From Patescibacteria group bacterium (lineage in GTDB: Bacteria; Patescibacteriota; Patescibacteriia; CAIXNZ01), in the NCBI GenBank assembly GCA_041651155.1, contig JBAZJU010000001.1:261596-325595 (forward strand): a stretch of DNA of 64,000 nucleotides. Reading direction: 5' to 3'. Below are positions 42,391 through 50,696 of this stretch, in pieces. The notes under the pieces were generated by a model. It was not told where the DNA came from. It ran no database searches and saw only the letters and a list, made by a program, of their open reading frames with translations. Numbering within the stretch: the first letter of the stretch is position 1; each line of letters starts with the position of its first letter. A program made the translations under genes and the position numbers.

Positions 42391-42456
42391 CTTATGTTAA
42401 AACTTGCTTGGAAGCGTCTTATTGACAAAGTTTCCAAAATGTATATAATTTAGATG

Positions 42457-42592
42457 AAGCCTGTTGTCACTGCAGGCTTCTCCTCAAAGCGCTGAGCTTA
42501 GATCTCGGGTATGACTGCTACCGTCACATATTCAGGCTGGGCTCAGAGCAAGCAAATTCGGGAGAGCGTATTATCGCTCTCCCTTTTAAATT
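42457..42592 (+). ncRNA. candidate sRNA unit 2, paralogous to unit 1 (promoter TTGACA-N16-TATAAT at 42423-42450; terminator 42560-42592)
   Basis: shares about 65-nt conserved core and identical TTTTAAATT tail with unit 1; 5' hairpin gaagcctg/caggcttc. Confidence 0.45.
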
Positions 42593-42607
42593 ATTAAAAA
42601 AGAAAAA

Positions 42608-42636
42608 GGCGAGATTGCTCTCGCCCTTTTATTTTT
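42608..42636. terminator. bidirectional terminator (ggcgagattgctctcgcc flanked by A/T runs)
   Basis: hairpin with T-run on both strands; follows minus-strand gene 42647-43099. Confidence 0.5.
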
Positions 42637-42646
42637 TAGTTCTTAG

Positions 42647-43099
42647 CTATGCCGCTAATGTTTTTCTGGTTGATTTTCCTTCTTTGAAGGCTTGTAACGA
42701 GCTAAGAAGATTTTCCCTTATTTGCCAGTTGCTTTTGTCTGCCATTTCAATGGCTTTGCCAGTTTGAACGATAAGCGCGGCTACTTGTTCTTCAAGTGAT
42801 CGCTCAGCTGGAAAACGTTTGGCATAAGGGCCGGGAATTTCGTTGTCGTGGTCTGTCCCGCAATTGCATGTTCCACCATCATCGATAAACGAGCCGCATC
42901 TAGCGCATCGATTACCGAATCGACCAGGATATGATGCCCGGTTGAATTCGATGAGGAAGGGTTTTTCGCCGATAAATTCTGCAAGAGCATTAAATACCGG
43001 CTGGGTTTGATGTTTACACCGAGTCCCTCTCTGGAGCAAGGAAATGGCGCAGGCACATAAGGTGCCTAACTTTTCCGCGTGGTTGGTCGCAGCAACCAT
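42647..43099 (-). CDS. hypothetical Cys-rich protein
   Basis: 150 aa; CARCGSFIDDGGTCNCGTDHD cluster; G/C-rich codons. Confidence 0.45.
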   Translation of the reverse strand: MVAATNHAEKLGTLCACAISLLQRGTRCKHQTQPVFNALAEFIGEKPFLIEFNRASYPGRFGNRCARCGSFIDDGGTCNCGTDHDNEIPGPYAKRFPAERSLEEQVAALIVQTGKAIEMADKSNWQIRENLLSSLQAFKEGKSTRKTLAA

Positions 43100-43333
43100 T
43101 TTAAATACCTCCGGTTTGTTGTTAATGTTTTTCTTTTGCTAATGGTATTAGCACTAGCAAAGAGCTTCTTTGCTTTTATCATAATAATTACTTAAAATTT
43201 TGTCAAATTTGGGTTTTTAAAGATTTTTGGTATAATGTTTATAGAATAAAGCAGTAAGAATTTAGAATATAGAAGAAATTCGTAATTGTTGTATTCTTTG
43301 TTCTATATTCTTAATTCTTAATTCTAAAAAAAT

Positions 43334-43561
43334 ATGACTGAATTTTTATCATTTGACTTGCAAACAGCTTACAATGAAATCAAAAAACGCGCTGAAGAGG
43401 CGCCAGTGACTAATAAAGAGGCCTGGGATGAAATGGTTGATGATTATATTACTGAAAGGTTAGAAGTTGGGGAATTAGATTTGGATAATGACAGCCAGGG
43501 GATGATTGAAGAACTAAAGTCAATGTGGTCTGAATATGAAAAAAATCTGAATATAAGATAA
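43334..43561 (+). CDS. hypothetical small acidic protein
   Basis: 75 aa ORF. Confidence 0.35.
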   Translation: MTEFLSFDLQTAYNEIKKRAEEAPVTNKEAWDEMVDDYITERLEVGELDLDNDSQGMIEELKSMWSEYEKNLNIR

Positions 43562-43612
43562 CAGAACCACGAAATTTTATCACTAAATAACACGAAAATT
43601 AATTTAATGTAA

Positions 43613-44851
43613 ATGAACAAGTGGTTAAAAATTTTAGTTATTGTTTTTGTCATTCTTGCCATCGGGCTAGCTGGTATTGTTATTTATTTTTATCCGCAGA
43701 TTGGGCCGGCTTTTGGTCAGCCAGTGGCAGATGTGAGTAAATTATTAAATGCGAATAATAATACGAATGTAAATAATAATGCGAATATTGCGAATGATGC
43801 GAATGTCGCGAATGTGGTTCCGGAAGTTATAACGCCAACTGTTCAGGGTCCATTTACGATTTTGGGTAATTTTAAAATTGATGTATTTGCCAAGGATTTG
43901 AATACGCCAAGAGTATTGCTTTTTGATGATCAAGGTAGTTTGCTGGTTTCAGCCATGGGCGAGGGCAAGGTTTATGCAATTAAATCCGATGGCTCAAAAG
44001 TTGTCATAGCTTCAGGTTTGAATAATCCGCATGGTCTGGCCATTGATAACGGTTATTTATATATTGCTGAAACAAACAAAGTCAGCCGTTATACTTATGA
44101 TTCAGCCAACTTAAAATTAGGCAATAAAGAATTTTTGTTTAATTTGCCAAGCGGAAGCGGACATTTTACCAGAACATTGCAATTTGGCCCCAATGGATTT
44201 TTATATGTGTCAGTTGGCTCATCCTGCAATGTTTGCCATGAAACTGATGAGCGCAGAGCTACGATTTTAAAATATGACCCGTCCAATTGGTCTTATGAAA
44301 TTTTTGCTAAAGGCTTGAGAAATACTGTTTTCTTTATTTTAAATCCCAGGACCAAGCAGTTTTGGGGCAATGATATGGGGCGTGACAATTTGGGCGATAA
44401 TTTGCCGCCAGATGAATTTAATATTTTAAGTGCTGGCAAAAATTATGGCTGGCCAATTTGTTATGGCCAGAAAATTAATGATCGCAATTTTGATAAAAAT
44501 GTTTATATCCGTGATCCTTGCGCTGATTCAGTGGCACCGATTTATGAATATGGCGCGCATAATGCGCCGCTTGGCCTAACTTTCATTGATTCAAAAAAGT
44601 TCCCAGCAAGTTGGCAAGGAGATTTACTTGTAGCATTACATGGTTCCTGGAATAGTTCAGTACCAGTTGGTTATAAAGTTGTGCATTTGAAAATTGATGG
44701 CAATAAAGTTGTCAGCTCTGAAGATTTTATAACTGGATTTTTAACTTCAGCTGGAGTAATTGGCAGGCCTGTTGATTTGGTGTTTGGGAAAGATGGTGCG
44801 CTTTACCTCTCTGATGACAAAGCAGGGGTAATTTATCGGATTTATCGGTAA
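43613..44851 (+). CDS. PQQ-dependent sugar (glucose/sorbosone) dehydrogenase-like beta-propeller protein, membrane-anchored
   Basis: N-terminal TM, Asn-rich linker, then NNPHGLAID...KNYGWPICYG family blocks. Confidence 0.55.
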   Translation: MNKWLKILVIVFVILAIGLAGIVIYFYPQIGPAFGQPVADVSKLLNANNNTNVNNNANIANDANVANVVPEVITPTVQGPFTILGNFKIDVFAKDLNTPRVLLFDDQGSLLVSAMGEGKVYAIKSDGSKVVIASGLNNPHGLAIDNGYLYIAETNKVSRYTYDSANLKLGNKEFLFNLPSGSGHFTRTLQFGPNGFLYVSVGSSCNVCHETDERRATILKYDPSNWSYEIFAKGLRNTVFFILNPRTKQFWGNDMGRDNLGDNLPPDEFNILSAGKNYGWPICYGQKINDRNFDKNVYIRDPCADSVAPIYEYGAHNAPLGLTFIDSKKFPASWQGDLLVALHGSWNSSVPVGYKVVHLKIDGNKVVSSEDFITGFLTSAGVIGRPVDLVFGKDGALYLSDDKAGVIYRIYR

Positions 44852-44855
44852 TAAG

Positions 44856-44940
44856 ATGATTGTAAAACAATGGTAATATGGTGGTAAGACAGTGGTAAAA
44901 CAATTGTATTACAATATCTTACAACTGTCTTACAATCGTC
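44856..44940. repeat. TTGTAAGACAA-unit palindromic element T4
   Basis: gattgtaaaacaatggtaatatggtggtaagacagtggtaaaacaa|ttgtattacaatatcttacaactgtcttacaatcgtc. Confidence 0.6.
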
Positions 44941-45045
44941 CATCCCTTGACATTTTTATAAAAATGAACTAAGCTAAAATATCAAGAGTTCTTTAAGGCA
45001 TCAGTTTATACTTAATTCTAAACAAAGTAAATAAGGAGGTAAATA

Positions 45046-45342
45046 ATGTTAATAGATGAAAAAGATGAAAGGTGTTCTGAAGAGTCAATAATCATGAGTG
45101 GATGTAAAAAGCGAGATGAATTATGGGAATCTCTGCATATGAATAAAGAGGCAAATAGCCCATTAACAGAAGTTGAATGGGATATGTTAATGAAGCATGT
45201 CGAGGAGTGTGATATTTGTAGAGAGTCATTCGCGGCATTTCATCAACTCCTGGAAACACATGGAAAGGAGATAGTGGAGGGTATGATAGATGATTGGCCG
45301 GAATTAAGGAGAGAAATACTATCTCCGAAATGTCTTCATTAA
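45046..45342 (+). CDS. small zf-HC2 (anti-sigma ZAS-like H-x3-C-x2-C) protein
   Basis: LTEVEWDMLMKHVEECDIC; RBS aaggagg. Confidence 0.45.
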   Translation: MLIDEKDERCSEESIIMSGCKKRDELWESLHMNKEANSPLTEVEWDMLMKHVEECDICRESFAAFHQLLETHGKEIVEGMIDDWPELRREILSPKCLH

Positions 45343-45381
45343 GGAGTCAGTTTCTTAGGAATAAAATATAATGTAAAATTT

Positions 45382-45407
45382 AGCTAGCGGGAAATGCTAG
45401 CTTTTTT
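45382..45407 (+). terminator. intrinsic terminator
   Basis: agctagc gggaaat gctagct + tttttt. Confidence 0.5.
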
Positions 45408-45718
45408 ATTTGCGTAAATTTGGTAAGGCGAAAACGCCAAGAAACGGAATGACAGACTTTAGTCTGTTACTTAAAATAGGAATTTGGTAGTTTGTGTTTT
45501 ACCTGGGTTCAGTACAACCTCCCCTGAGCCACTCCTTTTTTAAGGAGGTAAAGCGAGGATAAGAATTTTGTATATTTGTAGAAGATTCGTAATTTTGTAG
45601 GAATCCCTTGACATTTTCATAAAAATGAACTAAGCTAAGATATCAAGGGTTCTTTAAAAAGCATCATTTGATGCTGAAAGTTTGAGTACAAAAAAGATAG
45701 TCTAAAAAGGAGATAATT

Positions 45719-45955
45719 ATGTCAGAATATAAAAAATGCCCAGAAAAGGAGAAAATTATGGCTTCCTTTGGCAAGAAATCTAATTTTGAATTAACAGATG
45801 AGGAATGGGATAAAATTCGTGAACATACAAAAGAATGCAGTATATGCAAAGCAAATAATGCAAAAGTAGAAAAAAAATTTTTTCACGGAATTGAACCCGA
45901 TGCCCTCCGGCAACCATTAAAAGAGATTGAAAATTCTCCTCACAATGATGACTAA
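45719..45955 (+). CDS. small zf-HC2-like protein, paralog of 45046-45342
   Basis: LTDEEWDKIREHTKECSIC; preceded by a near-identical copy of the upstream region of the first cassette. Confidence 0.45.
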   Translation: MSEYKKCPEKEKIMASFGKKSNFELTDEEWDKIREHTKECSICKANNAKVEKKFFHGIEPDALRQPLKEIENSPHNDD

Positions 45956-46049
45956 GTAAATTTTAACAAAAAAATGTGAATAAGAGCTACTTTTTAATAA
46001 GTAGCTTTTTTGTTATGCAAATATAAGGTATAATAAAAGCAAGATTACT

Positions 46050-47318
46050 ATGTCAAAAACAAAAACAATTAAAATCAACCACATTGCCAAAATGGAAGGG
46101 CATACTGGATTTGTGGCTTCAATTTTGGAAGGAGATGTGATAAAGGCGAAATTGGAAACATTAGAAGGCGCGCGTTTGATTGAGGGCATACTTTTGGGTC
46201 GGGATTATTTTGAAGTGCCCATGATTACTGCCAGAATCTGCGGCATTTGTCCGATTGTGCATTTTCTTTCAGCCACGCATGCGATTGAACATGCTTTTGG
46301 CATTAAAGTTTCCAGCCAGACCATTGCTTTGCGCAAAGTCATGGAACTTTTGCAGATAATCCATTCCCATTCTTTGCACATGTTTTTTCTGTCTTTGCCT
46401 GATTTTTTTGGCATTGAAAATGATTTGAATTTTATAAAAAAATATCCCAAAGAAACCCAGGCGACTTTGCGAGTGCGCCAATTTGCTATAAGTATGGTTG
46501 AATTAATTGGTGGACGTATTGTTCATCCTTTAACCATTGAAGTCGGCGGGTTTAAAAAATTGCCATCTATTCAGGAAGTAAATAAATTATTGAAAAATTA
46601 CAATTCTCTTTTGGCTGATGCGATTTTTATTGCTGAATTTGCGCGCAAAATAAAATATCCAAAATTTAGCCGGGAAACAGAATTTATTGCCCTGGATAAT
46701 AAAAAAGAATATGAAATTTTATGGGGTGACATTATAACCAGTAAGGGGAAAAAATATACTGTTAAAGAATTTCAGCATAAGATCAAGGAATTTCACCAGC
46801 CGTTTGAAAATGTTAAAAGAGTAAGTTTGGATAAAGAGCCTTATTTTACCGGTGCTTTGGCGCGTATAAATTTGAATCATGATAAATTAAATCCCCAGGC
46901 TAAAAAACTCTGGCTGGAGGCAAAACAAAAAATGCCTTGTTATAATACTTTTTATAATGTCTATGCCCAAGCAGTGGAAATCGTCCATTGTCTGGAAGAA
47001 ATTAATAAAATTTTTAAACAACTGGGTAAAATTGACCAGAAAAATATTAAAGTTAAGGTTAAGCCCAAAGCAGGCGTGGGTTATGGCGCGGTTGAAGCGC
47101 CGCGGGGAATTTTACTGGATTATTATAAATTTGATAAAAATGGCAAAGTTCTTGAGGCCAATGTGATTACGCCCACGGCGCAATTTTTGGCCAATTTAGA
47201 AGCTGACTTAAAAGCATATTTGCCCAATGTTTATAAATTGCCGGTTCATGAGCGCAGGATAAAAATTAGGGCTTTGATTCGGGCGTATGATCCGTGCATC
47301 TCTTGTGCGACACACTAA
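46050..47318 (+). CDS. hydA: [NiFe] hydrogenase large (alpha) subunit
   Basis: N-terminal RICGICP and C-terminal DPCISCATH nickel-binding motifs; 422 aa. Confidence 0.8.
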   Translation: MSKTKTIKINHIAKMEGHTGFVASILEGDVIKAKLETLEGARLIEGILLGRDYFEVPMITARICGICPIVHFLSATHAIEHAFGIKVSSQTIALRKVMELLQIIHSHSLHMFFLSLPDFFGIENDLNFIKKYPKETQATLRVRQFAISMVELIGGRIVHPLTIEVGGFKKLPSIQEVNKLLKNYNSLLADAIFIAEFARKIKYPKFSRETEFIALDNKKEYEILWGDIITSKGKKYTVKEFQHKIKEFHQPFENVKRVSLDKEPYFTGALARINLNHDKLNPQAKKLWLEAKQKMPCYNTFYNVYAQAVEIVHCLEEINKIFKQLGKIDQKNIKVKVKPKAGVGYGAVEAPRGILLDYYKFDKNGKVLEANVITPTAQFLANLEADLKAYLPNVYKLPVHERRIKIRALIRAYDPCISCATH

Positions 47319-47368
47319 ATTTACACCCTGCTTTAGCAGGCCCACTAAAGTGGGGAATAAAATTTAAT

Positions 47369-48094
47369 ATGTTTAGATTCTTTCTTCCCACCACAATTGA
47401 AGACCCACAGAACATAGTCATTTCTGATAAAGATATTATCAAGAAAATCACCAAAGTTTTGCGTCTAAAAATTGGTGATTCTTTGTTTTTGTTTGATAAC
47501 ACTGGTGAGGAATACGAAGTGATATTTAGTGAGCTAAAAGATAAAAAAATTTTTTGCCGTTTAATTAGGAGGATTGAAATTGACAGGGAACTGCCAATTG
47601 AAATAGTTTTATATCAAGCACTCTTAAAAAAAGACAAATTTGAATGGGTTTGTCAGAAAGCAACTGAAATTGGAGTTAAGAAAATTGTGCCTGTAGTAAC
47701 GGAATTTTGTGTGGTCAATGAATTGAACCAGAATAAAATTAGTCGTTATAAAAAAATAATTGAAGAAGCCACAATGCAAAGCGGAGGGAAAATTCCGCCA
47801 GTTTTTGAGCCAGTAATTAAATTCGCAGATGCTGTAAAGAATTTAAATCCCCGAGATTTGAATTTAATTTGTTATGAACAGGAAAAATCCAATAATTTAT
47901 TAGATATTTTAAGAACTCATGGCAATAAGACAATAAACATATTTATCGGATCTGAAGGCGGCTTTTCGCAGTTTGAAATTGATCTAGCGCGGCAGAATTC
48001 TTTAATTCCGGTTAGTTTAGGAAAAAGAATTTTACGCGCAGAAACTGCGGGAATTGTGGCGTGTGGGATAATATCTCAACTATTCGTAGATTAG
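47369..48094 (+). CDS. rsmE: 16S rRNA (uracil1498-N3)-methyltransferase RsmE
   Basis: start MFRFFLPTT (track ORF begins upstream at 47294); C-terminal LGKRILRAETAGIVA. Confidence 0.7.
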   Translation: MFRFFLPTTIEDPQNIVISDKDIIKKITKVLRLKIGDSLFLFDNTGEEYEVIFSELKDKKIFCRLIRRIEIDRELPIEIVLYQALLKKDKFEWVCQKATEIGVKKIVPVVTEFCVVNELNQNKISRYKKIIEEATMQSGGKIPPVFEPVIKFADAVKNLNPRDLNLICYEQEKSNNLLDILRTHGNKTINIFIGSEGGFSQFEIDLARQNSLIPVSLGKRILRAETAGIVACGIISQLFVD

Positions 48095-48119
48095 TAGCTA
48101 ATTAGTAGATTAGTAACCT

Positions 48120-48374
48120 ATGCATGATTTACATCTTGCCAACCAAATAATGAAACTCATTTTAGAATACGCCCAGAAGAATAAACTCAAAAAAGTTACT
48201 GGCGCGGTTATTGGATTAGGACAAATTACTGAACATGGTTCAGAAATCGCGCCAGAGAATTTGGAATTTAATCTTAAAATGCTGGCCCAAAATACTTTGG
48301 CAGAAGATTTAAATGTTGAGATTAAAATAATTAAAGGGGATAGTTGGGTTTTGAATGAAATAATTGGTGAATAG
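48120..48374 (+). CDS. HypA-like N-terminal domain protein lacking the C-terminal zinc finger
   Basis: MHDLHLANQIMKLILEYAQKNKLKKVTGAVIGLG resembles HypA N-terminus (MHE..SL); no CxxC pairs; 84 aa. Confidence 0.4.
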   Translation: MHDLHLANQIMKLILEYAQKNKLKKVTGAVIGLGQITEHGSEIAPENLEFNLKMLAQNTLAEDLNVEIKIIKGDSWVLNEIIGE

Positions 48375-48487
48375 CGAAAACGGCACGAGACCTGTACTTT
48401 ATAGCGGACTTTAGTCCGCGAAGGCCTGGTATTACCTTACGGGGACTAAAGTCCCCTGTAAATTATTATTATACGGCGTTTTCGCCC
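48374..48487 (+). other. about 114-nt structured element (closing stem gcgaaaacggc/gccgttttcgc enclosing two 7-bp hairpins), possible complex terminator or ncRNA
   Basis: hairpins gcggacTTtagtccgc (48404-48419) and ggggactAAagtcccc (48441-48456); T-run after closing stem. Confidence 0.35.
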
Positions 48488-48516
48488 TATTCCATTTTTT
48501 CTGTTATAATATACTT

Positions 48517-49716
48517 ATGAAATTAAGAACTCTTAAAGCTCTCAAAAATTTAAAAGGCAAGACTGTTTTGGTTCGCGTTGATTATGATGTTGAAATTAAA
48601 AATGGAAAAGTTATAGAGCCAGAAAGAATTGAACGCAGTTTTCCAACCATCAACTTTTTATTGAAAAATAAAGCAAAAGTTGTTTTAATGGCTCATCTGG
48701 ATAGGCCGGGAGGAAAAATAATTAAAAAGCTAAGCTTAAAGCCAGTAGCAGTTTATCTGGATAGTATTGCCAAAAAACCGGTTCAGTTTATTGACGATTG
48801 TATTGGCGAAAGGGTAAAGCAAAAAGTCGCCAAAATGAAAGCCGGGCAAATTTTGCTTTTAGAAAATTTAAGATTTTATCCGGGCGAAGAAAAAAATGAC
48901 GCAAAATTTGCCCAAGAATTAGCTTCATTGGCTGATATTTATGTTAATGACGCCTTTGCCAATTCTCATCGTACTCACGCTTCAATTGTTGCGATAACTA
49001 AATTTTTGCCTGCTTACGCCGGTTTTAATTTATTAAAGGAAGTGATAAATTTGAGCAAATTGCTCAAGGGGTTTAAAAAGCCAGCCACAGCGATAATAGG
49101 CGGAGTAAAGATTGAGACAAAGATTAAGGTGATTGAAAATTTTTTAAAAAAATACAATTATGTTTTAATTGGCGGGGCATTGGCCAATAATTTTTTGAAA
49201 GCCCAGAAAATTAATATCGGCAAGTCAGTTTATCAAAAAGAATTTGTTGGTTTGGCTAAAAAGTTAATGCTAAAAGCCAAAGGCAAATTGATTCTGCCGC
49301 TTGATGTGAGGATTTGTAATAGCTTAAATGGCCATGGCAAGATTTTAATCAAAAAAATTTCAGAACTAAATAAAATTAAGTCCAAGAATTTTTATATAGT
49401 GGATATCGGTTTACGCACAGAATTAAACTTTGCGCGCCATTTTAATCAGGCAAAAACTTTAGTTTGGAATGGGCCGATGGGCATGTTTGAAATTCCAGAA
49501 TTTAGCCATGGCAGTGATTTTATCGCTCAGCAATTTGCCATAATCTCCAAAGGACCGTCTTTTGGAGTTGCTGGCGGAGGAGAGACGATTGCCTTGCTAG
49601 ATAAATTAAAATTAAAAACCTGGCCTGATTTTGTGTCTACTGCTGGTGGAGCCATGCTGGAATTTTTGGAAGGCAAAGTTTTGCCAGGGATTAGACCGCT
49701 TTTAAAAAAATCTTAA
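48517..49716 (+). CDS. pgk: phosphoglycerate kinase
   Basis: 399 aa; PGK N- and C-domain blocks (MAHLDRPGG, GGGETIA). Confidence 0.9.
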   Translation: MKLRTLKALKNLKGKTVLVRVDYDVEIKNGKVIEPERIERSFPTINFLLKNKAKVVLMAHLDRPGGKIIKKLSLKPVAVYLDSIAKKPVQFIDDCIGERVKQKVAKMKAGQILLLENLRFYPGEEKNDAKFAQELASLADIYVNDAFANSHRTHASIVAITKFLPAYAGFNLLKEVINLSKLLKGFKKPATAIIGGVKIETKIKVIENFLKKYNYVLIGGALANNFLKAQKINIGKSVYQKEFVGLAKKLMLKAKGKLILPLDVRICNSLNGHGKILIKKISELNKIKSKNFYIVDIGLRTELNFARHFNQAKTLVWNGPMGMFEIPEFSHGSDFIAQQFAIISKGPSFGVAGGGETIALLDKLKLKTWPDFVSTAGGAMLEFLEGKVLPGIRPLLKKS

Positions 49717-49748
49717 TTCTTAATACTTAATTCTTAATTTTAAAACTT

Positions 49749-50516
49749 ATGCTTCCAAATTTCAAAGAAAATCCATTATTGTCTGTTCTTTTGTCATTGT
49801 TTATTGTAGTTTTGGGCATTGCCATTGGCTTATGGGCCTGGAACATGTCCAAGCAGCATTATTACATTGGTAAAAATCCAGACATTCAGAGAACCATTAG
49901 TATTATGGGTGAAGGCAAAGTAACTGCTATTCCTGATATTGCTTTAGTTTCACTTGGCTTATCTACCCAAAAAGCCAAAGTTGCTGATGCGCAAACAGAG
50001 AATTCAAGGACAATTAACTCCTTAATAGATAAATTAAAAGCTTTGGGCATTGCCAATGAAGACATTCAAACTACTGATTATTCTATTTATCCAAACTATG
50101 ACTATAGCAATGGCAAGCAGACTTTAACCGGCTATACTGTTTCTCAGAATGTGCAGGTTAAAATAAGACAAACTGACAAGGTTGATGATGTTTTAAAAAC
50201 TGCCGGTGATTTGAATTTAAACCAGATTGGAGGTTTGACTTTCACTATTGATAATCCTGAAAAATATAGACAGGATGCAAGAATTTTAGCCTTAGAAAAT
50301 GCTAAACTAAAAGCCGACGCCTTAGCCCAGGTTATGGGTGTTAAATTAGGCAAAGTTATTTCTTTTAGCGAAAGCGGTTCTGGCGTGCCCACACCTTATC
50401 CAATTTATGCAAAATCAGACTCGGTAGGTATAGGCGGGGGAGCGGCAGCACCTACAGTTTCAGCTGGCAGCCAGGATATCATAATTGATGCCACGATTAG
50501 CTACGAACTTGATTAG
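49749..50516 (+). CDS. SIMPL-domain (DUF541) protein
   Basis: N-terminal TM then SIMPL-like blocks. Confidence 0.55.
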   Translation: MLPNFKENPLLSVLLSLFIVVLGIAIGLWAWNMSKQHYYIGKNPDIQRTISIMGEGKVTAIPDIALVSLGLSTQKAKVADAQTENSRTINSLIDKLKALGIANEDIQTTDYSIYPNYDYSNGKQTLTGYTVSQNVQVKIRQTDKVDDVLKTAGDLNLNQIGGLTFTIDNPEKYRQDARILALENAKLKADALAQVMGVKLGKVISFSESGSGVPTPYPIYAKSDSVGIGGGAAAPTVSAGSQDIIIDATISYELD

Positions 50517-50639
50517 TGAAAGAGTAAAATGGGTAAAAGGGGTCATCCTACGCTAAAGCTTCGGATGACAGGTAAAAATGGAATTAATATAATAAATTTA
50601 TTTAATCACAAATTTATTTTTTGTATATTTGTATTAGAT

Positions 50640-50683
50640 TTGCCTTCGCAAACCGTAGTTTGCTACGGCAAACGAAGGTTTGT
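50640..50683. repeat. 44-bp palindromic repeat A1 (identical copy at 52058-52101)
   Basis: ttgccttcgcaaaccgtagtttgctacggcaaacgaaggtttgt. Confidence 0.75.
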
Positions 50684-50696
50684 AATTTTGTAGTGT

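Noticed and set aside
43745-43830. Tandem gcgaatgtn repeats
   Set aside because: They are in frame within the PQQ-dehydrogenase-like gene and encode an Asn/Ala-rich low-complexity linker (NANIANDANVANV). This is a coding repeat, not a regulatory element.
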